The translations under genes and the position numbers were made by a program. The notes beneath the pieces are model-generated. The model was not told the origin of the DNA and did no database searches. It saw only the letters and a list, made by a program, of their open reading frames with translations. A stretch of 53,713 nucleotides of DNA. It comes from Prorocentrum cordatum. Taxonomy: Eukaryota. Below, piece by piece: positions 41,833 to 53,713 of this stretch; within the stretch, counting starts at the first letter, position 1, and the number at the start of each line of letters is the position of its first letter. Location of the stretch: assembly GCA_963575745.1 (NCBI GenBank), contig CAUYUJ010000294.1:62001-115713 (forward strand). The letters are read 5' to 3'.

Positions 41833-42229
41833 CTTGCCTGTGGCCAGGAAGGTCATGATCCCGTGGGCTCAAAGCCGCCCCCGATCATATATAAGACCCC
41901 ACTATTTCCCAGGCCAGAGTGGTAAGCGAAGCGCCAACCAAGGTCTGAGGAGAGGAGGCACCACCGCCTCCTTACTCTGCCGTGCTCTCTCTCTCGGCGG
42001 ACATCGAACTCTTCATAATTCATGTGCGTGTCCTCCTCCTCCTCCTCCTCTTCCTCCTCCTCCTCCAGCACCTACTCCTCCTCATCGTCCTCCTCCTCCT
42101 CTACTCCTTTTCTTTATAAGCAACTTCCCCTGTCGCACCCCGGGGCCAATTTCTAGGGCGGCCCAGGCGTGTCGCCTGAGACTTCCTCACCATTTATGGC
42201 CGTGAAATTGAAACAGTGGCAACAAATTC

Positions 42230-42600
42230 ACGGAAAAAGGGCGGGTCGTTTTCAAAATGTGGCTTGGCTGGGCGCAGCGCACATTCGTTCTAAACATTTA
42301 CAACAATTTCATGGATTGAGGCCGGTCCGTTTTCAAAATGTGACTTTCGCTGGAGCGCTCCGCACATTCGCTGTAAGCATGTGCAAGAGCTCTACGGATT
42401 GAGGCTGGTCCGTTTTCAAAGTGTGGCTCTCACCTGAGCGCTGCGCACATTCGTTCTAAACATGTGCAAGAACTATACGGATTGAGGGCGGTCCGTTTTC
42501 AACATGTGGCTCTCGCCTTATTGCCGAGTGCACTTGTCTTAGACACGTGCAAGAGCTCTACGGATTGAGGGCGGTTCCTTGTCAAAATGTGATTACGACA
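42230..42600. repeat. Diverged tandem repeat, about 83-bp unit, about 5 copies (further decayed units at about 43080-43320)
   Basis: GGATTGAGG.CGGTCCGTTTTCAAAATGTG recurs at about 42313, 42397, 42479 and 42562. Confidence 0.75.
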
Positions 42601-44257
42601 AATTCAAGAATTTACCAGATTCTCATGACCAGCGTACCAAACATGGGGTATGGGAAGGATTCAGGATTATGAGGGTGCAAGCAGTTACGACGACTTGCGG
42701 TGTTGAGATCCCAGGAATGGCGTTCTGGCGCGATTCTGGATCGTCGAGACCCAACAGTCAGGCTGATCCGCGGCCTTGGAATCCCGAGGACAATGTTTTG
42801 GCATGCTTCAGGGTCTTCAAACGGTTGTCTTCCAACGAGGCAGCCCCCTCAATGGAAATGAACCGTTGTAGGGGTCTGTGAAAAGGGAGCTAGGGGGGAG
42901 GGTTTATTCCAACATCGTTGATGACTTTTGGGTTTACACTGGTCCTATTGCTCCTCCTCCTGCGCCTCCCCCTCTCAACTCCTCCATCCGTTTTCCTTCT
43001 GGAGAACTCCTCCCTGTACCCCGAAACGTGTCGGCAAGGCGGACCAAGCGCTTCGCCTGAAAATTCCGCACCATCTACGATCCTGAAACTGAGAAATTGC
43101 AATAACTTCGCGGATGGATGGCGGGCCGTTTCCAAAATGTGATTCTCGCCTTAGCGCCACGCACACTCGTGATACGCTTTGCAAGAGTTTCACAAATTCA
43201 GAACGGGTCCTTTTGGAATGTGGCGTTCGCTATCGCGTGGTGCATTTTCGCCGTAACAGTTTACATCACATTCAAAGACTTTTATCGTTGACATTGAGTC
43301 GGGTCGGCCGCGCCAACATGCGCAGCAACACCACGCAAACATCGTGCTACACACCAGAACGCCGAGAATTCGAAAACGAACCGGGTATCGAGCCAGTCGA
43401 AATCGATATCAGCTCGGATCCACCGGATCGAAGAGGGCCCTGGGAGGAGGGCGAGGAGATCCGATCCCCGAACGACCCCCTGGTGACTGCATCAGGGAAG
43501 CACGCCTGCCCACTCGACAAGTCCTCCTGCTGTTCACCCACCTTAATATTAGGTCTGGCGTGTGTTCCTGCAGGCTGATCTCGGACGAAGAAAACAAAAC
43601 ATACAAGAATATTCAAGTACCAAAAATCCTCCCCATCCTATTGTTGACTATGTTTGTATATTCCTCCTGCAGAGGGAAAGGCCCGACTTCACCTGAATCC
43701 TCGTTCTCTCCCCCGAGCCTAGAATGTCGATCTACGAGCCTGTCGACCCACGGAGTTCGATCCTCGAAACCTCGAGGCTTCGAAACCACGGAAACTCGAA
43801 ACCTCGACCCTCTCCCCTCGATCCGCGATCCCCGAAGCGCGCTCCACGCAACCTCGCTTTGGCGGCGAGCGAGGGGGCGAAGTGAGGAGGATAAGCAGCT
43901 CTCAGGAGGCCCGGAGGTCACCCGGCCTCCTGAGAAGGTTTCTAAGCCTTCCCCGACGACGCAGAAAACCTCTCAGAAGGCGCGATGGCTTCTGAGAAGT
44001 CCCGCCGCCTTTTGAAAAGGCCCTCCTCCACTTCCTCCTCCTCCTCCTCATCATAAGCATCATCATCAGCATCATCATCATCATCAGCATCATCATCATC
44101 ATCATCAGCATCATCAGCATCATGAGCATCATCAGCATCATCAGCATCATCATCATCAGCAGCATCAGCATCATCATCATCATCACCATCACCATCACCA
44201 TCACCATCACCATCACCATCACCATCATCATCATCATCAGCATCATCATCATCATCC

Positions 44258-44290
<33 letters not shown>

Positions 44291-46314
44291 GCATCATCAT
44301 CATCAACATCATAATCATGATCATCATCATCCTTCCCTTCCTCCTCTCCTTCTCGCTCCTCGCTCCTCCTCCTTCCTCGCTCCTCCTCATTCTCCCCCTC
44401 CATCCTCATCCACCTCCCCTCCTCGCTCCTCCTCCTCCTCCTCCTCCTCCCCATGCTCGCTCCTCTCCCTCCTCGCTCCTCCTCCGTCCTCGCTCCTCCT
44501 CCTCCTCCACCCTCCTCCTCCTCCCCGTCCTCGTCTCCTTCTCACTTCCCCCCCAACGCACGCCGCCGATCGATCCTCGGACCTTCGATCCTCGAGCCTG
44601 CGGCCCTCGAGCGCCCCTGCTGGGTGGGCGCCTGCGCGGCCGCCCCAGGACTGCTGCTGGCCCCAGGGCGGCACGGGGGGGCCTTTGGGCGGGTCCAGCA
44701 GGGGAGGGGGGGAGAATCGTTCTCGATCCTCCTCCTCCTCCTCCTCCTCCTCCTCCTCCTCCTCCTCCTCCGCCTCCGCTCGCCCCCGGCCTCGCCCCCT
44801 CCTCCCCTCCTCCTCCTCCTCCTCCGCCTCCTCCTCCTCCTCCTCCTCCTCCTCCTCCTCCTCCCCTCCGCTTCCTCCTCTTCCTCCTCCCTCTCCTCCT
44901 CCTTCTCCTCCTCGCTCCTCCTCCTTCCTCCTCCCTCCTCCTCCTCCTCCTCCTCCTCGTCTTCCTCCTCCTCCTGCTCTCCTCCTCTCCTCCTCCTCCG
45001 CTTCCTCTTCCTCCTCCCTTCTCCTCCTCCTTCTCCTCCTCCTCCTCCTCCTCCTCCTCCTCCGCCTCCTCCCTCCTCGTCCTCCGCCTCCCCTCCTCCT
45101 CGTCTTCCTCCTCGTCCTCGCCTTCTCTCCTCCTCCTCCTCTCCTCCTCTCCTCTTCCTCCGCCTCCTCCTCTCTCCCCTCCTCCTCCTCCTCCCCACCC
45201 CCTCCTCCTCGCCCTCCGCCCTCTCCTCCCCCTCCTCCTCCTCCTCCTCCCTCATTCTCCTCCTCCCCCTCTTCCTCCTCGTCCTCCTCCTCATCCTCCT
45301 CCTCCTCCTCTCCTCCTCCCGCCTCCTCTCCTCCTCCTCCTCCCCCTCCTCCTCCTCCTCCTCCCCCCCCCCCACCCCCTCCTCCTCGCCCTCCGCCCCC
45401 GCCTTCTCCTGCTTATCTTCCTCCGCCTCCTCATCCTCCTCCTCATCCTCGTATTCGTCTTCTTAGTATTCGTATTGTTCTAAGTATTCATAGTCTTCTC
45501 GCTCGTACGAACAGAATTGTTATTTAATGATCAAAGTCTCCTTCATTGTTGCGTCATTAGTAGGATGATTATTACCATGATTCCTCTCATTATTATTCGT
45601 CATCTGCTGTTTCCTCCTCCTCCTCCAATCCTCCTCCCCCCTTCTCCTCCTCCCCCTCCTCTTCCTTCTCCTCCTTCTCCCCCCTTCCGCCCCCTCCTCC
45701 TCATCCTCCTCCCACCCTCCGCCCCCCCCCCTCCTCCTCCCCCCCTCCCCTCCCCTCCCCCGTCCCTCGTCCCCCGTTCCCCCGTCCCCCCGTCCCCCTC
45801 CGCTCTCCCTTCCCCCCTCCTCCTCTTCCTGCTCCCTCTCCTCCTCCTCCTTCTCCTCCTCCTCCTTCTCCTCCTCCCCCCCTCCCTCCTCCTTCCCTTT
45901 CTTTTCCTTTTCCGTCTCCTCCTCCGCCTCCTCCTCCCGTTTCGCCGTTCCTCCTCCTGCACCCTCCTCCTCCTGCTCCTGCTCCTGCTCCTGTTCCTGC
46001 TCCTGTTCCTGCTCCTGCTCCTCCTCCTCCTCCTCCTCCTCCTCCTGCTCCTCCTCCTCCTCCTCCTGTCGTCTGTCGTCTCTAAAGGTCGTTGCTGCAC
46101 TCGGTGCGTGTCGGGACGACGTGACATGGTGACGCCTGCCGTGTATGCCGCGGCAGCGCTCTGGACGTCATCGCACAACGCTCGTGCCATCAGGACACGC
46201 GCCCAGCACCGGCAGGAAGGGCAACACTCGGCCGCGGCGCCAGGGAGGAAAAGGTGGAGAAGGCGGAGGAGGAGGAAGAAGAGGAGGACGAGGAGGAGGA
46301 GGAAGAGGAGGAAA

Positions 46315-46345
<31 letters not shown>

Positions 46346-48506
46346 GGATGAAGAGGCCCTGGGGCACACAAGTAAATAGACGCACATAACAGGATTCCCC
46401 ATATATTTCCATACTTTCTGGGAGCTTGTCTTGCCCCCCACTTCCTATCGTTTCCCACATTTTCGGGGGAATCGACGATAAATTGTGTCTGTGTGTTGAG
46501 AAGAGGAAGGCGAACCTGCACGGCGCTCCGAAGTATGGCAGGGACAAACAGCCCTGGCACGGGGACCGGCACCGCCGCAGACGCACGCGCACACAAACGC
46601 AGATCCACACATTTGCACACTTCTGGCGCATCCTCAACGGGCAGGGTGAATCAACAAAGACTGGCATCGATCGGAGAAAGACACACACACACACTCACTC
46701 TCTGTGGGCCGGCAAAAGCAAAACCTGGCGGCGGCATGTCAACCGAGTGTGACGATGAGGACGAGAACGAGGGGAGACAGAGCCCCAACCCCCATGTACC
46801 AAGGTCCCCAAACTGTGGCCAGGGCGAGCAGGTGTCGGAGGACCGCATGGCATCGCCATCGGCAATGCATCGGCGACGCCAAGACGGATACCATCGGGCT
46901 TCACACGCGCCTCATAGCCGCTGCCTTGGCGATGCGGCAACACTCTCTAGCCCCATGTACACCAGTCCAGTCCCCCGATCCCCGTCGTCATGATTTGTTT
47001 CACAACGTCGGCGAAAATCTCGACCACTTCCGGAGTCGCTCTGTGACGGCCCGAGTGCCCAGCGAGGGCCCCCAGAGGCTGAAAACACAGCGAACGAAAC
47101 GTCCGTCGTGATCTCATCAGAACGGCGAGGGGTCTACAGCCATGGTCCTGTTCTTAGCGTGTGTGTGATTTCGGGCCCTGGGAAGCCGAATCCATTGATA
47201 CGCCAAGCAGCGCAGTGGTCCACACGCTCAGTAGGGTCTTTGGGGCATCGACGCTGGGTACCGACCGCGCAGGACACAAGCCAAGCGCAGCACACTTGAC
47301 GTGCACAAGCGCATTCGCAACTACACGTGAATAGCACAAAGACGGTGAGCTTAATTCCGAATTCGCCCCCCCAAAATCCAAAAAACGACAACACGATTCA
47401 AACATAGTAAAACAAAATCAAACACAATCAAAAAATAATCAAGTCCCCTTGCAGGAGGACACGCCCGACCCAACACGAAGCTTGGGGCTGCCCGAAGCGC
47501 TGCCGCGATGCCCGCAGGGGGCGCCTCCCCACGGCGGCATGCCGCCCCAGGCGCCCCAGGCGGCACCGCCCTGCCAGCCGTCCAGCGCCGAACGGTCCTG
47601 CAGAGGACACCCTCCCCTCCTCCTCCGCCGCCTCCGGGAGGAGGAGGAGGAGGAGGAGGAGGAGGAGGAGGAGGAGGAGGAGAAGGCCGGCTCGGCTGGC
47701 TCCGAGGCTGTTCCTCCTCCATCCTCCTGCGCCCTCAGCATCCTTCTCGTCCTCCATACTCCTCCACGAGTCTGCACCCTCCTCATCTCGCCATCGCTCG
47801 GTTGCCCATTCCCCGCGCATGCTTTAGATTTCGCGCGTGCTTCTTTTGCCAGGTGATCCAGGATGCTCCTCGATGGTCCTCGCAGAGAAAGAATGCCCAC
47901 GTCCGAACGATGCCAAGTCATCCTTCACTTCCTCCTCCTCCTTTCCCAGGCAACTTCAAACAGCGAGTGTGGACATAGGGGCATCTGCAGGTCTTCGTCG
48001 TCGATCTCCCTCCCCAGCTCCCCTTCCGCACCCTCTTTTCCTTCCTTTCGGCATTCCGCCTTCTGCCTCCTCGCCCTCCTCGCCACCCTCGCCCAGCTCG
48101 CTCGACGCGCTCCCCTCGTCATCCTCGTCCTCGCCCTTCTCGTCCTCATCCCTGCTCCTGGGTTCTCTTGTCTCCCTCCCCCTTGCCCTCCCTCTCCATC
48201 CTCCTCACGCCCCCTTCTGGGACGCAGAAGGACATCCCAATACTACGCGTCCTCCTCGGAGGCGAGCGTCCGACCCAAAAACAGTCGCAGCACCTGCATC
48301 CTGTGGTAGACCAGTTCCCAATCGGTGTGGCCACCGGACAGCGCCCGCCAGGGAGCTTATACAACCAGCTTTCTCGGCGACGTCGCCCCTGAGGGGGTGG
48401 GGAAGGGGCGACGCACACACAGACGATTGACATGTTAGCGGGACGCCGACCGTCATCTGCTCCGCTCTCCCACCCCCTGCTCCTCCACCACCACGCCCTC
48501 CTACGT

Positions 48507-48652
48507 TTAGATCGGGCATGCCCCCCTACAGGCGGGACTTTTGACACATACGATACAATCAACCCAGACATCATTTCTAAAACAAAGCTCGCCTGCAGGC
48601 GATGCCTACTTCGTTCGAACCTTCCTCCTTCAGAGGGACATGCCCCACTTCG
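48507..48652. mobile_element. MITE family A copy, diverged (right-end remnants also at about 2101-2129, 43663-43692, 47446-47472, 50806-50834)
   Basis: TTAGATCGGGCATGCCCCCCTACAGG ... CCTTCAGAGGGACATGCCCCACTTCG. Confidence 0.6.
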
Positions 48653-49671
48653 TGCCGTCGCTCGGACGTCCATGTCCCGTGCATTTGTCGGTTTCGTGCG
48701 TGTTTGTTTTGCTCGATGGTCCAGGATGGTCCTCGATGGTTCTCGCCGAGAACCAATTCACACGTCCGAGCGATGCCAAGACTGACTCCCACGTCCAGGG
48801 GTCGCCCTCCTCCCAGACCTGCGGAGAGCGGCGGGCGCGCTTGGCCCTCGACCACCCCCCCCTCTTTGTCAGGGGCGCCCGACTTCGCGCCCCGCGCTGC
48901 GCGCTGCGCGAAGCGCGAACAAATTCGCGCTCTCGCGTCGCCCCCCCCCCCCCCAGGGGAGAAGAGACGGATGCGGAGGAATCGGGGCCGAACAGCGACG
49001 CGCGAAGAACTTCGGGCCCTCGAGGGCGCCCCGGTTTGCTGAGGGCTGCAGCAACGGGGAACGGGGGGGGGGGAGGGGACGGGACGGGGGTGGCGGGAGC
49101 GAGGATCCAGGCACGGCGGAGCGGAAAGAGAGGAGGGAGGGAGAAATGGGTGGTGGGCCCCCTCGCGCGCCGTCCTGCTCGTCTCGTCTCTCCCCCGGTC
49201 TCCCCTCGCCGCCCACCCAGATTCCCCCCCCCCCTTCTCCTCGTCCCAGTCGCCGACCTCCCGCTCACTCCTCCTCTCGCTCCTCCTCCCCTTCCTCCTC
49301 CGTGCTCGTTATCCTGCGCCTTCGCCTCCCCCTCCGCCCGATCCTCGTGCTTCTCCTGCTTTACGCACCCCCTTCAGCTGCAGGCGCCCCCATCCTCTCT
49401 TTTCGTGCCACCTCCTTTTCCTCCTCCAACGCATACTGATCCGCCCGTTCCTCCTAATCTGGACTTTCCTCCTCCCACACCTCAAACACATCCTCAACAA
49501 TCACCACCACCTCTTCTCCGACTCCGCCTCCACCTCCGCCTGCTTCTGGGGCGAGTCCAAAGTATCTCTTCCCCCCCCCTTCACAACCTCGCGTGCATCA
49601 TTATCAGGATTCGACACCATACTACACAACTACGTGTTATCTGTATTACACCCGAGCCCCACATTCGTGTG

Positions 49672-49709
<38 letters not shown>

Positions 49710-49880
49710 GCATCATCATCAGCATCATCATCATCATCAGCAGCATCATCATCAGCATCAGCATCATCAACATCAGCATCATCATCATCATCAGCATCAC
49801 ATCATCATCAGCAGCATCAGCATCAGCATCAGCATCAGCATCAGCATCAGCATCAGCATCAGCATCAGCATCAGCATCAG

Positions 49881-49937
<57 letters not shown>

Positions 49938-50164
49938 GGCCATCCTCGCCATCGTTCACAATATCACGACCACCATCGTCGACCTTAACATCGCCAGAAT
50001 CATCAACGCCGCCGTTAGCATCCGCCCTCATTCCTCACATGATCATCATGCCCGTGCTGAAAGACGAGGAGGGAGGGAAGAAAGGAGGAAGGAGGGAATG
50101 AGGATGGGATGGGGGAGGATTCGAGGGAGGCGGAGGGCTCCTAGGGAGTCAGCCAAAAAAAGCA

Positions 50165-50335
50165 AGAGAAGAGAGAGACAGAGAGAGAGAGAGAGAGGGT
50201 GGAGAAGGGAGAGAGAGCGAGAGGGAGAGGGGGAGAGACAGAGAGGAGGAGGGTCGCGATAAAGATAGAGAGAGAGGGAGAGAGAGGGAGAGAGAGAGAG
50301 AGAGAGGGAGAGAAGGCGAGAAAGAGAGAGAGGGG
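50165..50335. repeat. (GA)n-rich microsatellite
   Basis: Direct reading. Confidence 0.85.
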
Positions 50336-50892
50336 GATGGGGGGAGCGGCAGGGAGGGCACGAGGCAGGGCGGGCGGCGACGAGAGCCGCGGAGGAGCGG
50401 CACGGGCGGAGGGCGGAGGGAGAACGCCGGGCGGGGCGGGGCGGCCCCGGAGCGCTGCTGCGCGCGCGGGGGGGGGCGGTCCCCCTCGTCGACGAAGTCG
50501 ACGTTGAGGTACCTCCAGGCGGATCTTGGACGAAGAAATTTGGAAGGGGCCCCAGGGCGCACGAATAGCTACACACAAGTCCCAGGATCTCCCATCTTTT
50601 CCCATGCTTTCTGGGTTTTCGTCTTCCCCCCCACTTCCCATGTATTCCCATACTTTCCTGGGAGTCGACGATTCATTGTGTCTGTGTGTATTTCCCCCTC
50701 CTGAAAATTGTTTTTCAAAGACATACGCGGAAAAATATCACAAAATCCCCCAAATGCAAAACAAATCGTCCCCAGACTATTTTGTTGACTATCTTTGATG
50801 ATATTCCCCCTGGAGAGGGACAGGCCCGACTTCACGCCGGGGCCGACGGTCGGGTCGGACGCAAGGAGGGGCTGGCTGGTATGACTGGCCAT

Positions 50893-51147
50893 GCAAGGAC
50901 CCCCGAACCCTCTGGGAGGGGACCTGAGTCGGGAGGGCCAACAACGTCAGGACCAGGGGGTCTCTTCTGCCGATGCAAGGCAAGGACCCCCGAACCCTCT
51001 GGGACGGGACCCAAGTCGGGAGGGCCAACGACGTCAGGACCATGGGGTCTTTTCTGCCGATGCGAGGCAAGGACCCCCGAACCCTCTGGGAGGGGACCTA
51101 AGTCGGGAGGGCCAACAACATCAGGGCCAGGGGGTCTTTTCTGCCGA
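50893..51147. repeat. Three tandem 87-bp units
   Basis: GCAAGGACCCCCGAACCCTCTGGGA.GGGACC..AGTCGGGAGGGCCAAC... at about 50893, 50980 and 51067. Confidence 0.9.
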
Positions 51148-52079
51148 GGTACCCAAAAAAGACCGCCCAGCATGAGCACCCCTGATGCTGAGACGGGCAT
51201 CGGAGTAAGGCCACGCCTTCACCGTGGTGTTAGGGTTAAGGGCTCTTGTATCCTCGATGATGGCAGAATTCGGGGATCTTCTGACCCGGGTCAATCCAAA
51301 CCCGGGCCGGCAGGAAACCAAAAACTGCAACGCAGGAAAAAAAGTGCAAGGCAAATCTTCGCAAACCCGGGTCCGCCAATGTGCGCGGCCGGCCCCGCGG
51401 CCTCGAGCGGCTCGCTGACCCGGGCCAGCCAAGAGGGGGTCTTCGCAGGATCCTGCCGGATCTGGCGCCCTGGCTGACCCCCGTTTGCATTGACCGAGGA
51501 AATGGAGGAGGAGGAGGAAATGGAGGAGGAGGAGGAGGAGGAGGAGGAGGAGGAGGAGGAGGAGGAGGGCTCCCGTGGCAGAGACGTGGGGAGGTCCCGG
51601 AAGACTCGGCTCCCGCGGCCTGACACTCCCGGCGCCCCCCGGGGCTGAGAGAGGGCCGCGGGCGCGCGGGCAGCGGGAGAGCGCGCCCGGCGGCGGGGCC
51701 GCTGGCCCAGCTGCCCGCGGCAGCTCTCGCAAATTGCCCCGCGCTCCCTTCCCGGCCCGGCCCACTTCGCCCGAGCCTGGCCATCGCTCGGACGTCCACT
51801 CCCTGTGGTTGTGTTCGGTTTCGTGCGTGGTTTTGTCGTCAAATGGTCAGGGATGCTCCTCGATGGTCCCCGCCGAAGGGAAAAGGCACACGTCCGAGCG
51901 CCGCCAAGGAGCAGGCAGGGACAGAGAAACCTCGGCCACGAACTCGGGTCCACGACCCGAGATCTGGGGCCGAACGGATGGCAAACCGTGCGCACAGCGG
52001 TGCGTGGGCACGAACGCTGGAGTTGGGATCGGCAAGAGCGACTGCAGGCGGTCCGCCGCCATCTCGGGCGAAGAAACGC

Positions 52080-52830
52080 AAACTCTAAAAAACTGCCCCA
52101 AAACAGTCTGAACCAAAATCTGCGGCGAACATCTCGAACTCTGGAAAAACGTCCAAAAATCTCTAAGCCAAAACCTGCGAAAATCTCAAACTCTAAAACA
52201 CATAGCAATATCCAAACAAAAGCCTGCGAACATCTCAAACTCTAGAACACGTCCAACAATATCTAAGCCCAAGCCTGCGAAAACCTCAAACATAAAACAA
52301 CTTCCAAAACTCCAAACCGAAACATGAGGAAACCGAAAGTCTAAAACAACTCGAGACAACTATAAGTGTTATTAAAAACGATTGAAACAAATAATTCTGA
52401 ACGCCTAAACACTCTAAACAATATGTATAGCAACTCTAAGCAAACTCCAAACGCCTGAAAACTCTGAAAACCATGTTTCAAAGTTTAAAAGCTAGATGGA
52501 AACAACAACTCTAACAACTGAACACATTACTGACCGCCTGACGAATTCGAAAACAACTCTCGGACAACTCTAACAACACTCTGAATGCAATCCCCGACGG
52601 CCTAAACTTAAAACCGCCCAAGCATCAAGCATCTGGTGTTCAATCTCCATGCTTCAAGTGTTTCTGGACTTTCGGTTTCAAGTGCTTTCAGGGTTGAGAG
52701 GTTCCCAGGTTTTGGCTTCAAGAGGTCTTGCATGTTTTTTTAGGTTTGAGAGTTTCGCAAGTTTTGGCGTAGAGATGGTTTGAAGATGTTGGAGAGGTTG
52801 ATCTTCCTGCTGAAGATGTTCCGAAGATTT
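52080..52830. repeat. AT-rich degenerate AAACTCTAAAA-type repeat with an inverted right arm
   Basis: A/C-rich short units at 52080-52620 switch to T/G-rich complementary-type units at about 52655-52830. Confidence 0.55.
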
Positions 52831-53624
52831 CGGCTGGCTTTCTCGATGGGCCTCTTGTAGTAGAATTGCCGAACCTAACGCTGGATTGTCGAAGAGCCCA
52901 GGCATGAATGTTGGCAAATAGAAATAGAGGGCAGACGATCCAACACGATAATCACCACCCCGACAAGCGAAACCGTTTAGTAAACGAGCCCAAAGAAGGA
53001 ATCGAACAGGGCGGGGCTGTTTAGTACACGCCAAGGGCAGTTTAAGAAACATCAAGTGCCGGGTCCTTGAAGACGAGCCCAGGCTTAGGCTACAAGCTGG
53101 GGCCACTGCACTGCATCAGGCCACTGAGATCCAGCGAGCGGCCCGAAAGCCAAGGCCGCACCACCCCGAGCCCATGTGGTCCGAGTGTCGGCGTCTTGGC
53201 TGCGTATCGCTTCCAGTTCTGGCGCAGCCCCCGTCCACTTTCGCCCGACCCGAGATGATGACGAGGACAGTCGGGGATGGACAGAACCCCCTTTAGTCAA
53301 ACGTGGTTTAGTGAGAACGATCTCGGGCCCAAACCTGGCGGGCGCAAGCCTGGAAAACGACGGCCGCGGCGCCCTCCCGAGAACCGATCACGGAGGAGGA
53401 GGAGGAAGAGGATGTGAACAAGGAGGAGGGAGGACGATGCGGACGAGGAGGAGGGGGGAGGAGGAGGAGGAGGAGGGGGGGGGAGGCAAAATAGGTGCGC
53501 GCGCGTCATATCTGACGTCCTACCCCTCCCTCCCATCCCTTACCATGGCGCTGATTTTCTCTATCCGCGGACTAGTGGGTGGTGGTGCGCGTGCGTGCGT
53601 GCGTGCGTGTGTGCGTGGTTGTGG

Positions 53625-53713
53625 TGGTGCTGGTGCTGGTGCTGGTGCTGGTGCTGGTGCTGGTGCTGGTGCTGGTGCTGGTGCTGTTGTTGGTGCTGGT
53701 GCTGGTGCTGGTG
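53625..53713. repeat. (GGTGCT)n microsatellite
   Basis: Direct reading; runs to the window end. Confidence 0.9.

Larger units (their letters stand above)
26842..42030 (+). mobile_element. Decayed full-length non-LTR retrotransposon (LINE; ORF1 + APE-RT-RNase H), interrupted by the copia element
   Basis: Starts with TGGCTCAAG (3' end of DinoSL) directly after a (CCT)n tract, followed by ORF1, APE-like and RT-like remnants. It resumes after the AGAAG TSD with RNase H-like remnants, and (CCT)n resumes at 42031. The 3' boundary is approximate. Confidence 0.7.

Noticed and set aside
44048..46694. Long ORFs rich in poly-P/S/L/E/R/G/H/D
   Set aside because: They are translations of (CCT)n and (CAT)n microsatellites, open in several frames on both strands. 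The same applies to ORFs at about 4.8-6.0, 8.0-9.7, 10.6-13.4, 15.5-17.1, 19.0-19.7, 25.7-27.0 and 48.5-50.6 kb.
52678..53290. Minus-strand coding segment (…GSSALYFYLPTFMPGLFDNPALG…)
   Set aside because: It looks partly coding, but has stops in adjacent segments, runs into an AT-rich repeat and matches no family I recognise.

Overview
GC-rich, repeat-dense eukaryotic DNA, most likely dinoflagellate. The evidence is spliced-leader remnants at 906-915 (-) and 26842-26850 (+) and retroelement types typical of the group; the species cannot be determined from sequence. The centrepiece is an intact, apparently very young 10.2 kb Ty1/copia LTR retrotransposon (29875-40070, - strand; two 698-bp LTRs, AGAAG TSD, AGGGGGAG PPT). 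Its single 2939-aa ORF reads PHD finger - Gag (CCCH + CCHC) - protease - C5 cytosine DNA methyltransferase-like domain - integrase - RT - RNase H. It also has a non-canonical TG...AG LTR end, a tRNAiMet anticodon-arm sequence in the 'wrong' (sense) orientation where the PBS should be, and a 17-bp motif present 12 times. It is nested inside the RT region of a decayed, RNase H-bearing LINE that starts with a spliced-leader remnant and sits in a (CCT)n tract. The rest of the window holds a probable first exon of a DUF4126-like membrane protein gene, several MITE-like and short dispersed repeat families, two satellite arrays (101 bp and about 76 bp) carried by Helitron/Helentron-like non-autonomous elements, long hairpins and many microsatellites. 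Nearly all other ORFs in the track are low-complexity or shadow ORFs. All domain calls come from reading motifs by eye; no searches were run.
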